64,000 nt of DNA from Bacteroidota bacterium. Its GTDB lineage: Bacteria; Bacteroidota; Bacteroidia; Chitinophagales; Chitinophagaceae. The DNA lies in NCBI GenBank assembly GCA_013286425.1, contig JABDFS010000002.1, positions 534 through 64,533 of the forward strand, given 5' to 3'. Positions 49,469 to 59,549 of this stretch are shown here, one piece after another. The translations under genes and the position numbers were made by a program. Every line of letters starts with the position of its first letter. The first letter of the stretch is position 1. The notes beneath the pieces were generated by a model that did no database searches, was not told the origin of the DNA, and was given only the letters and a program-made list of their open reading frames with translations.

Positions 49469-50329
49469 TTAATACAATTCAACGCTCCATGTACGCTGCC
49501 AGTTTTCATTTGCAGCCAGTTTATTAATACCTTCTTTATTGATGAGTTGCTGATTGGCATGAATGCCATCAGCAATACCGCACCAGGGCTCAAGGCAAAC
49601 AAATGGTGCATCAACAGCTGCCCATATACCAAAAAAAGGAAAGTTGTCAAACTTAAATCTTAAACCATGCTCATCTTTTTCAGTAAACAATTTTATTTCG
49701 TTGCTTTTGATGTGCTTCAACACAATGGCATCTGTATAAAATAAAGATTGCTTAAGCGAAAGTGTTTTATTTACAAGTTGCAATTGCTCTGTTTGATCAG
49801 CTATTAAACCTTTATGCAACAAATGCCGCGTTAATACATCGTCGTTATTAAATTCAAGCGAATAATCAGTGTATTTAAGATAGCCGGACAACGGAACTTT
49901 AAACGCCGGGTGTCCGCCCACAGAAAAATATATAAAATCATCCGATATATTCTCCACATGATAGGTACAGGAAAGTACTGCATCATTCAATGCATATTCA
50001 ATCCTGAATGTAAAATGAAAAGGATAAACTTCCAGTGTTTCAGGGCTGCTTCTTAAAGTAAATACTGCAGTTGTTGCGGAAAGCTGTTCAGCTTCAAATG
50101 TTTTATCTCTTGCAAAACCATGTCGTGGCAGTTTGTATTCTTTACTATTGAAAAAATACCTGCCATCTTTCAGTTCACCAACAATCGGGAACAGAACGGG
50201 CGAATGTTTGCTCCAGTGTGCCGGATCTGCCTGCCATAAATATTCAACTCCGTTTAGTTGTATGCTTTGAAGCTCTGCCCCTTTTTCGCTTATGATAACG
50301 GCTAGCTTATCATTAGAAAGACTTATCAT
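49469..50329 (-). CDS. Aldose 1-epimerase family (LacX-like)
   Basis: GAEL, EYLWQ, PVLFPIVG, HGFAR, GGHPAF, FVCLEPW. Confidence 0.92.
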   Translation of the reverse strand: MISLSNDKLAVIISEKGAELQSIQLNGVEYLWQADPAHWSKHSPVLFPIVGELKDGRYFFNSKEYKLPRHGFARDKTFEAEQLSATTAVFTLRSSPETLEVYPFHFTFRIEYALNDAVLSCTYHVENISDDFIYFSVGGHPAFKVPLSGYLKYTDYSLEFNNDDVLTRHLLHKGLIADQTEQLQLVNKTLSLKQSLFYTDAIVLKHIKSNEIKLFTEKDEHGLRFKFDNFPFFGIWAAVDAPFVCLEPWCGIADGIHANQQLINKEGINKLAANENWQRTWSVELY

Positions 50330-50462
50330 AAATCAAATTTACGTTCTCTGTTATTATGCTGTATTGATTTTTAGCTTTCATTAAGAGGGAGGAGAAAAAC
50401 ACTTTTAAAAAACGGGATATTTCCCGTATTGCGGAGATATTGGTAAGTGTAAGTTTGTTGTG

Positions 50463-50558
50463 CTGTTTATTCAGCACTCACAAGATAAATAAGCAAATAC
50501 AAGGTACATTTCCATTCTGAGTTAAACCCCTTGTTTCCACAAGGGGTTCTATTTTTTT
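50463..50558 (+). ncRNA. Candidate ~95-nt small RNA
   Basis: TAAGTTTG promoter-like element (50450-50457) and terminator AACCCCTTGT-TTCC-ACAAGGGGTT-CTA-T7 enclose no ORF; both neighbours are on the minus strand. Confidence 0.45.
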
Positions 50559-50573
50559 AGAGTGGCAAGTATT

Positions 50574-50619
50574 AAAAATAAAAAGCCTGCACATAATTAG
50601 TATTATTTGTGCAGGCTTT
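50574..50619 (-). terminator. Intrinsic terminator after the TIM-barrel gene
   Basis: AAAGCCTGCACA...TGTGCAGGCTTT with a minus-strand T tract. Confidence 0.8.
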
Positions 50620-50623
50620 ACAG

Positions 50624-51520
50624 TTATTTAAGCGCAGCAATCTGCTGGTCGTAATAATTCTTTGTAAAGATCACATCCGGTAAGCTGTGATACCAGTTTG
50701 ATTCATGTTCAATAGACAACATGCCATTAAAATTTTGCCTTTTTAATTCAGCAAATATTGCAGGAAAATCTATCACGCCTTTTGATACGATTGTATCTGC
50801 TGCCTGTGTATCATCAAACTTTACAATGTCTTTCAGATGCACGCCAAAAACATGGCCTTCTAATTTTTTCAGGCAATCAACAGGATTTAAACCATTGCGC
50901 GACCAATGGCCAACATCAGCGCATGAGCCAATGTTCGGATGATTTTGTATTGCTGCCAATACTGAATCAGGGCTCCAGTAAACATTAGGTTTAGGATGAT
51001 CGTGTATGGCAACTTTAATACCATAGGCACCTGCTAAACTATCTACCATATCCCATTGCGTTTTTATGGGCTCGGCAGTTATATAGCTTAATCCAAATTC
51101 TTTTGCAAGATCAAAAGCTTTTACCCATTCAGCTTTGTTTTGAGGAACGATCACGCCCATTGCCACGATCTGTATGCCTTTGCTCTGCAGCATTTTTTTA
51201 AGCTTCGTTTTTGTATCGGCAGACATACCTGCACCAAACTCGCCTGGTAAGCCGCCTCCAAGCCTTTGCCCCCAGAATGCTTCAATGTTTTTAATACCGG
51301 CGCTGTCAACTTTATCCAACGCTTCTGTGAATGTAAACATCCTGAACGTCCACATTTGTACGCCCAATTTAAAACCGGCAGTGCTGCCTGCTGATGCTGA
51401 TGCAGTTGTGTCTGTTGCTGTGGTTGCTGATGAATCTGAATTTGTTGTTGAAGAACTGCTGCTGTTACACGCTGCAAATGCAAGCGAGCCTGCAGCAAAA
51501 ATGCATGCAATCAATTTCAT
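50624..51520 (-). CDS. Sugar phosphate isomerase/epimerase (xylose isomerase-like TIM barrel) lipoprotein
   Basis: Lipobox FAAC, Ser/Thr linker, AIHDH, DVGHW, HLKD, IEHE. Confidence 0.88.
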   Translation of the reverse strand: MKLIACIFAAGSLAFAACNSSSSSTTNSDSSATTATDTTASASAGSTAGFKLGVQMWTFRMFTFTEALDKVDSAGIKNIEAFWGQRLGGGLPGEFGAGMSADTKTKLKKMLQSKGIQIVAMGVIVPQNKAEWVKAFDLAKEFGLSYITAEPIKTQWDMVDSLAGAYGIKVAIHDHPKPNVYWSPDSVLAAIQNHPNIGSCADVGHWSRNGLNPVDCLKKLEGHVFGVHLKDIVKFDDTQAADTIVSKGVIDFPAIFAELKRQNFNGMLSIEHESNWYHSLPDVIFTKNYYDQQIAALK

Positions 51521-51633
51521 GATAAATTATGTGTTTTGTGAAGTAATGCAGCAAAATAACAATAATGATGTTAAACACTAAACATCATTTCAGAAAGATG
51601 TTTTTAATGCTGCCCTGAATTTGGAATAGAAAT

Positions 51634-52095
51634 TCAATTCAAAAGAGATCCTTTGCCGGTACGCAGCTCTTTACGGTACTTTATCGCCAGCAATAAACGC
51701 CTGAAAATTTTAGCCACAGAGGCTTTATCCTGCGAAAGCTTTGCCCTGATCTCAAGCATATTTTCTGTTTTCAAGGCAGGTTTAACTTTCCAGTAAACCT
51801 TTGCTGTTTTGTTTGAAGCATTCCATACTGCATGCCCCATGCCTTTATCAATTTCAAACATTTCACTTTCCCTGTAAATAGTTATTTCGCCGTTTAGTTT
51901 AACGGTAAGCTCCCCTTCATACACTTTGAAATATTCTTTTTGAAAAGGGTGATAATGCTCAGGCGGTTCAGGCGCATTGGGTTGCCATGCTGAAACCATT
52001 TCAAGCAAATTTCCGTCACTGTCATTTGCAGTGGTAAGAAATTCTATTACCTGTTTGCTGCAGGTGTTTATGAGTGTTTGTCCTTTGGTTGCCAT
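51634..52095 (-). CDS. Cupin domain protein
   Basis: PPEHYHPFQKEYF.V.EGEL and GHAVWN cupin motifs. Confidence 0.85.
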   Translation of the reverse strand: MATKGQTLINTCSKQVIEFLTTANDSDGNLLEMVSAWQPNAPEPPEHYHPFQKEYFKVYEGELTVKLNGEITIYRESEMFEIDKGMGHAVWNASNKTAKVYWKVKPALKTENMLEIRAKLSQDKASVAKIFRRLLLAIKYRKELRTGKGSLLN

Positions 52096-52275
52096 CTAAG
52101 GTTGATTTCGGGGTCAATCTTATCATTTAAAAAGCAAATAAAAGCATTTCTTCAATAGGTATGTCAAAAAAAGTAATAATAAATTAACTGAATGTGTTGG
52201 CGGAGTTCCTTATAAGCGACAAAATAAAACAGATGTTTTTCGAAAAGGGCAGCATCATTTATTTTTTACATCATT

Positions 52276-52393
52276 GAGTTCATTTCTTCGATATAACTTC
52301 GATATAATTTCGATATTTCTTCGATATAACTTCGATCTATTGGATCGAAGAAATATCGAAGTTATATCGTATATATTTCGTAGAAATGAGCTC
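52276..52393. repeat. Palindromic array of 11-bp phased repeats, copy 2 (inverted relative to copy 1)
   Basis: GAGTTCATTTC, 4 TTCGATATAAC-type units, centre TTCGATCTATTGGATCGAA, 3 units, GAAATGAGCTC. Confidence 0.95.
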
Positions 52394-52645
52394 CCTGGTA
52401 CATATGAGGCCAGTAATTGATTAGTAACATGATCCATACAGTTCACAGCCATACATCTGTCGTTTCTTAAAGAAGAATAATAAAGAACACCTTTCAGTTT
52501 TTACCTTCGGTTAGCTTCCTTGTGGCTATATCAAAATAATCCCGCAAACAGGTTAACCGGATACTTTATTTGTTTCCATAACAGTTATTCACAGAAAGAA
52601 TATTTCTGTACGATGAATAATTTACAGTAGTAATTTGTAAGCCGT

Positions 52646-53680
52646 ATGAAAAAATTAATTGCTATCCTGCTTGTTCTTGTATTTGCAAAGCAGGTACAAA
52701 GCCAAATTGATACAGGCTCTGTTGTTATGAGAACTATCAACTCAGCTTACCTGCAAAATACTGGCGGGGAAAACCCGCAAAGAAGGGTTTCTGTTTACCT
52801 GCCGCCGGGTTATGATCAATCCAAACAGCGTTACCCGGTTATTTATTACCTGCATGGTTTTATGGGCAATGACTCAATTTATCCTGCAATGAAAGCTATT
52901 CTTGATATGGCAATTGCAAAGAAAAAAATCCGCCCTTATATATTGGTGATCGCAGATAATAACACTTTATTTTCAGGAAGTTTCTACAGCAACTCTTCGC
53001 TGATTGGTGACTGGACTGATTTTGAAGCAAAAGAACTGGTTGCTTACATGGATAAAAATTTCAGAACCATTGCAACACGGGATGCACGCGGCATTGGCGG
53101 GCATTCAATGGGTGGTTATGGTGTATTGAAAATAGCCATGATGTATCCTGATGTATTTAGTTGTGCCTATGCTATGAGCCCGGGTTTACTTGCATTTGTA
53201 AAAGAGTTTGGGCCTGGCAGTGATTCATACAAACAGCTTGCGGCTATTAAAACAAAAGATGAACTGGATAAAACGTATTATCCGAAAGTAATTGCGGCTT
53301 GTGCAAGAGCGTGGTCGCCCAACCCAAATAAGCCGCCGTTTTTTATAGACCTTCCTTTTAATTATGTTGGCGATAGCCTTGTTGTTGATACAACAGTGTA
53401 TGAAAAATGGAGAGCCAATATGCCGTTGTATATGATTGATAAGTATGCCCCGAACCTGAAAAAATTAAAAGCCATTAAACTGGATTGGGGCAGAAATGAT
53501 GCGCCGCGTTTTCCTTTGCAGTGTGGTATGTTCAGCCAGGAGTTAGAGAATCATGGCATCGAACATTATGCTGAAGAATACATCGGTACGCATACAAATA
53601 AAATATGGACAACAGATGGAAGAGTACTGGATGAAATGCTGCCTTTCTTTAATGATTATTTGCTATTTGATGAACATTAA
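52646..53680 (+). CDS. Secreted esterase (alpha/beta hydrolase)
   Basis: VYLPPGY, YPVIYYLHG, GHSMGG. Confidence 0.9.
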   Translation: MKKLIAILLVLVFAKQVQSQIDTGSVVMRTINSAYLQNTGGENPQRRVSVYLPPGYDQSKQRYPVIYYLHGFMGNDSIYPAMKAILDMAIAKKKIRPYILVIADNNTLFSGSFYSNSSLIGDWTDFEAKELVAYMDKNFRTIATRDARGIGGHSMGGYGVLKIAMMYPDVFSCAYAMSPGLLAFVKEFGPGSDSYKQLAAIKTKDELDKTYYPKVIAACARAWSPNPNKPPFFIDLPFNYVGDSLVVDTTVYEKWRANMPLYMIDKYAPNLKKLKAIKLDWGRNDAPRFPLQCGMFSQELENHGIEHYAEEYIGTHTNKIWTTDGRVLDEMLPFFNDYLLFDEH

Positions 53681-53692
53681 GAATGACAAACC

Positions 53693-53796
53693 GTAGCTGC
53701 TCAATGATATACTGCACAAGTGTGCGATCCCGGATCAAGTGCGGGACAGGTTCCAGGAACGATGCCACGAAGCACTAAAGCCGGTAACAAAAAAAA
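53693..53796 (+). repeat. Family A repeat, copy 4, carrying a nested 23-bp palindrome
   Basis: ACAAGTGTGCGA-[TCCCGGATCAAGTGCGGGACAGG]-..GGAACGATGCC..GCCGGTAACAAAAA. Confidence 0.75.
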
Positions 53797-53831
53797 TCAT
53801 TGCGATGAAAGACCAGAACAAATAAATATAC

Positions 53832-54251
53832 TTGCCTAGGCTTGCATTCTATGGTTTTGCAACCATCGTGGTTTTTCTTGTTCTTATTATTACAAAACGA
53901 TTATCAGTAATAACGGCGTTGGTGATAGTGCCGGTTGTATTTGCATTTATTGCGGGGTTTGATTATAAAGAGATCGGCAACATGGCATTAGCCGGTTTAA
54001 AACAGGTTGCGCCAACAGGTATTTTGCTGATGTTTGCTGTGCTGTATTTTTCTGTTATGCTGGATGCAGGCTTGTTTGATCCTGTGATTGCATTCATCGT
54101 GCGTTCAGTAAAAGGTGATCCGCTAAAAGTTGTTGTTGGAACAGCAATACTTACGATGCTTGTTTATTTGGATGGCGATGGCACCGCAACGTTTATGATC
54201 GTGCTTTCTACTTTCCTTCCTATCTGTAAAAAATTAGGCATAAGTCGCTGA
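53832..54251 (+). pseudogene. Truncated CitMHS citrate/metal transporter
   Basis: LAFYGF, DAGLFDP, KGDPLK, LDGDG motifs; ends at about one third of the usual length; AGG sits where ATG is expected. Confidence 0.8.
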
Positions 54252-54357
54252 GCTATGCTTTGCTTCAAATGGAAATATAGATTTACCTTAAAAGATTATG
54301 CAGCTATATTAAATGGTAAACATCTGCTGATTATATTTGTTATCAAATAACCTGCGT

Positions 54358-54936
54358 ATGAAAAAAAACTTTTACCTCTTTCTTTTTTTAGCTGCTGCGG
54401 TTATATCCTGTAAAAAAGAAAGTGATATAAGCGCGCTTTCTTCATCAGGAATATCCTCTGCAAAACAAGCGTATTATATTGGCGAGCATTTTGGCGGAGG
54501 TATTATTTTTTATATTGATAAAACAGGCAGGCATGGCATAATTGCTGCAGCTGCAGACCTTGAAGAACCTCAGCCATGGGCAAGAGAATATATAGTAACC
54601 GGGGCGGTGGCAAGTAAACCCGGTTCAGGATTAAATAATACCAACAGGGCATGTAAAGTACTGGGCTTCCCTTTATATGAAGCAGACGGTTATGCTGCTG
54701 TTGAGTGCACTGAAATTTATCTTAACGGTTACAACGACTGGTATCTTGCTTCAAAAGATGAATTGAATGAATTATATCTTCATAAAGATGTTGTTGGCGG
54801 ATTCCTTCCGTTCTCTTACTGGAGTTCTACTGAAGTAAATGCAACCCAGGCATGGTTTCAGAATTTTGGTACAGGAACGCAGGTGATGCAGGATAAATTT
54901 GCCGGTTATTCAGTAAGGCCGGTACGATATTTCTAA
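54358..54936 (+). CDS. DUF1566 (Lcl-like) lipoprotein
   Basis: Lipobox ISC; GGGIIFY, GYNDWYLASKDEL, YWSSTE, VRPVRYF. Confidence 0.82.
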   Translation: MKKNFYLFLFLAAAVISCKKESDISALSSSGISSAKQAYYIGEHFGGGIIFYIDKTGRHGIIAAAADLEEPQPWAREYIVTGAVASKPGSGLNNTNRACKVLGFPLYEADGYAAVECTEIYLNGYNDWYLASKDELNELYLHKDVVGGFLPFSYWSSTEVNATQAWFQNFGTGTQVMQDKFAGYSVRPVRYF

Positions 54937-54966
54937 GATACCCAATCAAAAATTAATTGATCTTAT

Positions 54967-56511
54967 TTAAACGATCTTTCCGCATTCACTGTTAAGAATG
55001 CTGATGGTTTTTTCATACAGTTGCTTTGCACTCTCAATGTTTTTTGCAATGCAAACCATTCCAAGTTTTCCATACTGCGAAAGCGCTCCCATTATATGAA
55101 ACATAACCCCTTCCTGTGTTGTACTGTCGTACATCAACCCGTTTAGCAAAGCGATCTCGATAAGGTCAGTAGGTGTAAGCCCAATGTATGAAGGTGATGA
55201 AACATTATCTGATGCAAAATAAAAGCGCGGTTCACCATTCGGCATTACATAATTGCCTGATGCCGCATCGTATTCTCCATCTGTTAAAAACTGCAACATC
55301 AAAAACGGATGTGTAGTGCCGCCTTTACGAAGATTTATTTCAATCGCATAATGCTCCCACTTCGAGTCTTTGTACACACTTAAGAAATCAATACTGAATC
55401 TTCCTAAAACATTTTTAGCAGCAAGCCCGTCTGCGATACTTTTTCCTAATACTGCGATTTCTTTTGAGTATTCAGCAGATGCAGGGAAACCAGCGCCAAG
55501 ATAGACCTGGTTATACTCACCACCCAGAATCTGATCGTGCGTACTTACAATTTCAACTTCACCCAAAGGATTAATCCTGCATTGAACCGACGGTGAAGTT
55601 TTTATGTCTGCATCAATAAATTCTTCTACAATGCCACCTAATGCTTTAAACTTTTCAAAGAAATGTTGTGGTGATATTTTATCGGCAATCACATGAATCT
55701 TTTGCAAAGCTGTTTTAATATCAGCGCGGAGATCTCCGCCATCTTCCACATCACTGTAATTAAAAATTGCATTGCCTTCTCCGCTGAACCCTTCATTTAT
55801 TTTTACAACTGCTTTTCTTATATCAGCATTTTCTGCTTTGAGTTTATATAATGCATCAGCCACTTCATCTTCTGTATACAGGTCTTCAAAACCCTTTGGC
55901 ATATTTACATTGCAGGCCCTGAACAAATTGCGGCTCCCTGTTTTACTGCCAAGCGGAAGCAGTTCAGGATCGCATCCGAATATTGGAATTCCTAATTGCA
56001 CCGCAAGCGTGCGTTCCAGTTCAGACACATTAAAACAAACAAGGTGCGAATGCCTTGCATCTGTAATTTTTTGTTTGATGCGATTGATCAATCTTGGCCG
56101 TTCCAGTATTTTTTTTGTGAGTGCCTTGGAAGAAGCATCATAACAACTCAGCATAGTAAGCCGCTGTGCAGCATGTTGTGAAGGTATGCCCGGCAAATGA
56201 TGCAGGTAATAATCTATTGTTATCTGGTCAACTGGAATGCTGGTTACAAATACAACGCGTGTTTGCGGCATACGCAGTAACATCAGCAGGCACAGCATGC
56301 GCTCCTCGTAAAAAATATGGCCACGGATCTTTGAAAGTATTTCTGAATCTAATGTCAGAGAAGGAACAACCACAATTATTTTAGGTGCAATCCTGTCCGG
56401 AAAAATATGCTGAAACTGGTAAGGCAATTCTTTTTGAAGTGCGCTAAAAATTTCTTTTTCCTGGTCAGGCGAAATTTGAGATGATAAATTTCCGGTAGTC
56501 ATTTGTTGCAT
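54967..56511 (-). CDS. PGM1-related ATP-grasp peptide ligase
   Basis: YEER.L..L..LR, VVKINEGFSGEGN, SPSVQ, STHDQ.LGG, IEINLRKGGTTHP; likely start MQQM at 56511. Confidence 0.78.
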   Translation of the reverse strand: MQQMTTGNLSSQISPDQEKEIFSALQKELPYQFQHIFPDRIAPKIIVVVPSLTLDSEILSKIRGHIFYEERMLCLLMLLRMPQTRVVFVTSIPVDQITIDYYLHHLPGIPSQHAAQRLTMLSCYDASSKALTKKILERPRLINRIKQKITDARHSHLVCFNVSELERTLAVQLGIPIFGCDPELLPLGSKTGSRNLFRACNVNMPKGFEDLYTEDEVADALYKLKAENADIRKAVVKINEGFSGEGNAIFNYSDVEDGGDLRADIKTALQKIHVIADKISPQHFFEKFKALGGIVEEFIDADIKTSPSVQCRINPLGEVEIVSTHDQILGGEYNQVYLGAGFPASAEYSKEIAVLGKSIADGLAAKNVLGRFSIDFLSVYKDSKWEHYAIEINLRKGGTTHPFLMLQFLTDGEYDAASGNYVMPNGEPRFYFASDNVSSPSYIGLTPTDLIEIALLNGLMYDSTTQEGVMFHIMGALSQYGKLGMVCIAKNIESAKQLYEKTISILNSECGKIV

Positions 56512-56714
56512 TTTCTTTAAACGGATGTTGTTGTAACCGCGCGGTAAAATAAAATTTTCTGAAGAAATATTCAGATGATCTGCATCAGCTTTTACCAATT
56601 ATTTTAAACGGATTATTCAACAGCTTACCTGCATCAAACTTATAAAAAAGAAATGATGTTTGTTTTAATAAAAACAAGCCCGCTTTTTTAAAATGCTGAT
56701 CTAAGACTGCTGAT

Positions 56715-57644
56715 TTATTTCTTCCGGATGTAGGTGAAGTCGTAACTGGTTGTCCATGTTTTGCCATCATCCGCTGATGTTTCATTAAACTGGCGAACTT
56801 TACCCGGGCCAAGATTATAAAAAATAAACCTGCCTGTAATTTTTTTGCCTTGTGCATCTTTTGTTTCAAAATCAAAACGCATGGCACTGTCTTTATATTC
56901 ACCGTTTATAAATTCCTGAACACCATTTGCATAAGAACCTGCCCATGATTGCTTCCATTTATCAGTATTAGGATCAATAAAGTTGATGCTTTTGCCTGAG
57001 CTTGCCGGGCTATCCCAATTTTCCAGCAAAGCGCAACCATTTGAAATGATCTGGACAAGGCTGTGCCCTACAAGCGTTGCAGAACCTGTTGCATATACAT
57101 CCCACTCTCCTGCCCAAAAATCAAATTCACGGTTATGCGGGTTGGATTCGCATGGATAAAGCAGGTTATAAACTTTTGTCCGCACTGCTCTGAGGGCAGT
57201 ATCATTTTTAAGAGCGATAAATTCTTTGGCTGTATCTAATTCTTTCAGATTAAAATACCCTGCATTGCAGGCTTTATCAAGGTAAGCGATCGCTTTTGTT
57301 TCATCATTTTGCAAACTGTACACTTTTGCCATTCTTGAATATAAATAAGGCTGCATGGCTGCAGGCGGATTGCTGGCTTCTGCTTTTTGATAATTCATCA
57401 ATGCATCCGCAGGTTTGCCGAGATTGTAATATGCAAAGGCCAATCTTTGCCATGCAATGCTGTTTGTAGAAGTATCTTTTAATAATTGCTTATATAATTT
57501 TACAGCATTGTTCCAGTCACTGGCAAAATAAAATGAATCTGCTTTTTTAAATAGTGAGTCATTGTTATTGGGTTGTGCATGCACAATGCAGCTTATCAAA
57601 ATTGAAGTGGTGAGACACAGTGTTTTTATTACAGAAGCAGGCAT
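56715..57644 (-). CDS. Secreted TPR protein with C-terminal beta domain (FDFWAGEWDV type)
   Basis: Signal peptide, TPR helices, FDFW.GEW, S.D.GKTW. Confidence 0.75.
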   Translation of the reverse strand: MPASVIKTLCLTTSILISCIVHAQPNNNDSLFKKADSFYFASDWNNAVKLYKQLLKDTSTNSIAWQRLAFAYYNLGKPADALMNYQKAEASNPPAAMQPYLYSRMAKVYSLQNDETKAIAYLDKACNAGYFNLKELDTAKEFIALKNDTALRAVRTKVYNLLYPCESNPHNREFDFWAGEWDVYATGSATLVGHSLVQIISNGCALLENWDSPASSGKSINFIDPNTDKWKQSWAGSYANGVQEFINGEYKDSAMRFDFETKDAQGKKITGRFIFYNLGPGKVRQFNETSADDGKTWTTSYDFTYIRKK

Positions 57645-57762
57645 ACAATACGCTTTTAAATAAATTCAAGTTCAAATAAAAGCTGTTATTTCTGCCTGCA
57701 GAAATGATTAATGGCTGATATTTTTTGATGAATGGAATAGCAGGTAATACCTGCAGATCACA

Positions 57763-58185
57763 TCAAACCCTGTGATGATCTGCACGCCATTGCCGCACTG
57801 CTTCTTTTATTGCAGAAGGCCTCATGTTTTCATTAGCTGCTTTTTCTGATAAAGAAGGGAATTCTTCATCAGGTGCAAAACGCAAAGCAATTATTTGCCC
57901 TCTTGTAAGGCGCGCGTCTAACGTTTTCCCGGTAAGGCGATAACTTCTGAAATTTTCTTCGGCACGAATTATTCTGTCCTGGTTTCCTGTAGCAAACACA
58001 CGCAGGTAAGCAAACAATAAACCCAGGCTTACAGCCGCTGTAAAGTCAAAAATTGATGTAAGGCTAAACCATGATGACAGCATTAAAATAACTGAGATCA
58101 CAAGCGCAATTAATATTATTACTGCTGTAAAAAAATGAAACCCTGGTACAAAACGGGAATGGTTTTTAAAATTTTGTTCCTGCAT
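57763..58185 (-). CDS. DUF6526-like membrane protein
   Basis: QNFKNH, QDRIIRAEENFR, QIIALRFA, WRADHHRV. Confidence 0.75.
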   Translation of the reverse strand: MQEQNFKNHSRFVPGFHFFTAVIILIALVISVILMLSSWFSLTSIFDFTAAVSLGLLFAYLRVFATGNQDRIIRAEENFRSYRLTGKTLDARLTRGQIIALRFAPDEEFPSLSEKAANENMRPSAIKEAVRQWRADHHRV

Positions 58186-58330
58186 ATTTGGTTGTTTAAT
58201 GGGTTGAAAAGATCGGCTATTTTGTTATACGCAGAAAAGAATTTTAAAGCTTTATGATATATCGCTCAAATAAACTTTCTTATAGCGCTTCAATCTTTCT
58301 TTTATAACTTACATACATAATTCAAAATCT

Positions 58331-59539
58331 ATGAAGTCGTATCTACCTGTTTTTATTCTGCTTAGCCTATGTTGCACTTTGCGTTCTCTTGCACAGCCAG
58401 CAATCAGTTTTAATCCCATTGCCACAGGCCTTTTAAAGCCCCTGGAAATAAAAAATGCAGGCGATGGTTCAAAGCGGCTTTTCATCGCCGAACAAGGCGG
58501 CCTTATCAGGATCTATAAAAATGGCGCTCTTCTTTCGTCGCCGTTCCTTGATATAAGTAAGCTGGTTGGTGCGGGGCAATTCAAGGGTTTATGGAGTATT
58601 GCATTTTCGCCAAACTTTGCAAATGATCAAACTTTTTTTGTATTCTACACTGATAGAAATTACAACACAGCGTTGGCACGTTATAAGGTTAGTAAAACCA
58701 ATCCTGATTCAGCAGACAAAAATTCGGCAATCATTATTTTGAATTATCCTCAATCCGGTGGAGGCCATTTTGGTAATATCGCATTCGGTAACGATCAGAA
58801 TTTATATATAAGCTTAGGCGCCGGTGGTAATAACAGATTTTCTCAAAACGGAAAAACTGATTTTGGTAAAATGCTTCGCATAAATGTGAAAGTAAATGTG
58901 CCTCCTTATTACAGCGTTCCAACTGATAATCCATTCATCAAAGACACTTCAGTATTGCCTGAAATATGGGCGCAGGGCTTGCGCAATGCATGGCGCTGGA
59001 GTTTTGATAAAACCAATGGCGATATGTGGATAGCGGATGTAGGCCAGGATTCAATGGAAGAAGTTGATTACAGAACGACTGCACAAGGATTATTAGGCAG
59101 CAATTTTGGATGGGATTGTTATGAAGGAACTTCGTTCTTTAGAAAGGCAGATTGCAACAATCAAAATAGTTATGTATTTCCCATTTTTGAATATCCGCAT
59201 AGCTCACTAACGGGAGGCCAATGCATTATTGGCGGTTATGTTTATCGCGGTAGTGCTTACCCTTTTTTGCAGGGATATTACATATGCGCAGATTTTATTG
59301 CGGCGCATTTATGGGAGATCCTGCCAAACGGTTCAGGCGGATGGAATGTATATGAGCAATTAACCAAAGTGCCCAAAAGCATTACCAGTTTCGGGGAAGA
59401 TGAAGACGGAGAATTGTATGCAGTATCTAACGGAACCAAAACATTATATAGCCTGCAGGCAACACCGCCTTCATCACAACAAAAGATTCCTTCAGTTGCA
59501 GCTAATACAAAAAAGCACTCACCTGTTGGAACGCGTTAA
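58331..59539 (+). CDS. PQQ-dependent sugar dehydrogenase (GSDH family)
   Basis: RLFIAEQGG, GKMLRI, EIWAQGLRNAWR.SFD, NFGW, SFGEDEDGELY. Confidence 0.88.
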   Translation: MKSYLPVFILLSLCCTLRSLAQPAISFNPIATGLLKPLEIKNAGDGSKRLFIAEQGGLIRIYKNGALLSSPFLDISKLVGAGQFKGLWSIAFSPNFANDQTFFVFYTDRNYNTALARYKVSKTNPDSADKNSAIIILNYPQSGGGHFGNIAFGNDQNLYISLGAGGNNRFSQNGKTDFGKMLRINVKVNVPPYYSVPTDNPFIKDTSVLPEIWAQGLRNAWRWSFDKTNGDMWIADVGQDSMEEVDYRTTAQGLLGSNFGWDCYEGTSFFRKADCNNQNSYVFPIFEYPHSSLTGGQCIIGGYVYRGSAYPFLQGYYICADFIAAHLWEILPNGSGGWNVYEQLTKVPKSITSFGEDEDGELYAVSNGTKTLYSLQATPPSSQQKIPSVAANTKKHSPVGTR

Positions 59540-59549
59540 CTGGCTTTTT

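Noticed and set aside
52255-52452. 65-aa ORF across the repeat array
   Set aside because: Its translation (SKLYRRN repeats) merely reflects the DNA repeat; no coding support.
56512-56714. Precursor peptide for the PGM1-like ligase
   Set aside because: No short ORF with a convincing start; 56585-56902 is an alternative frame of the TPR gene.
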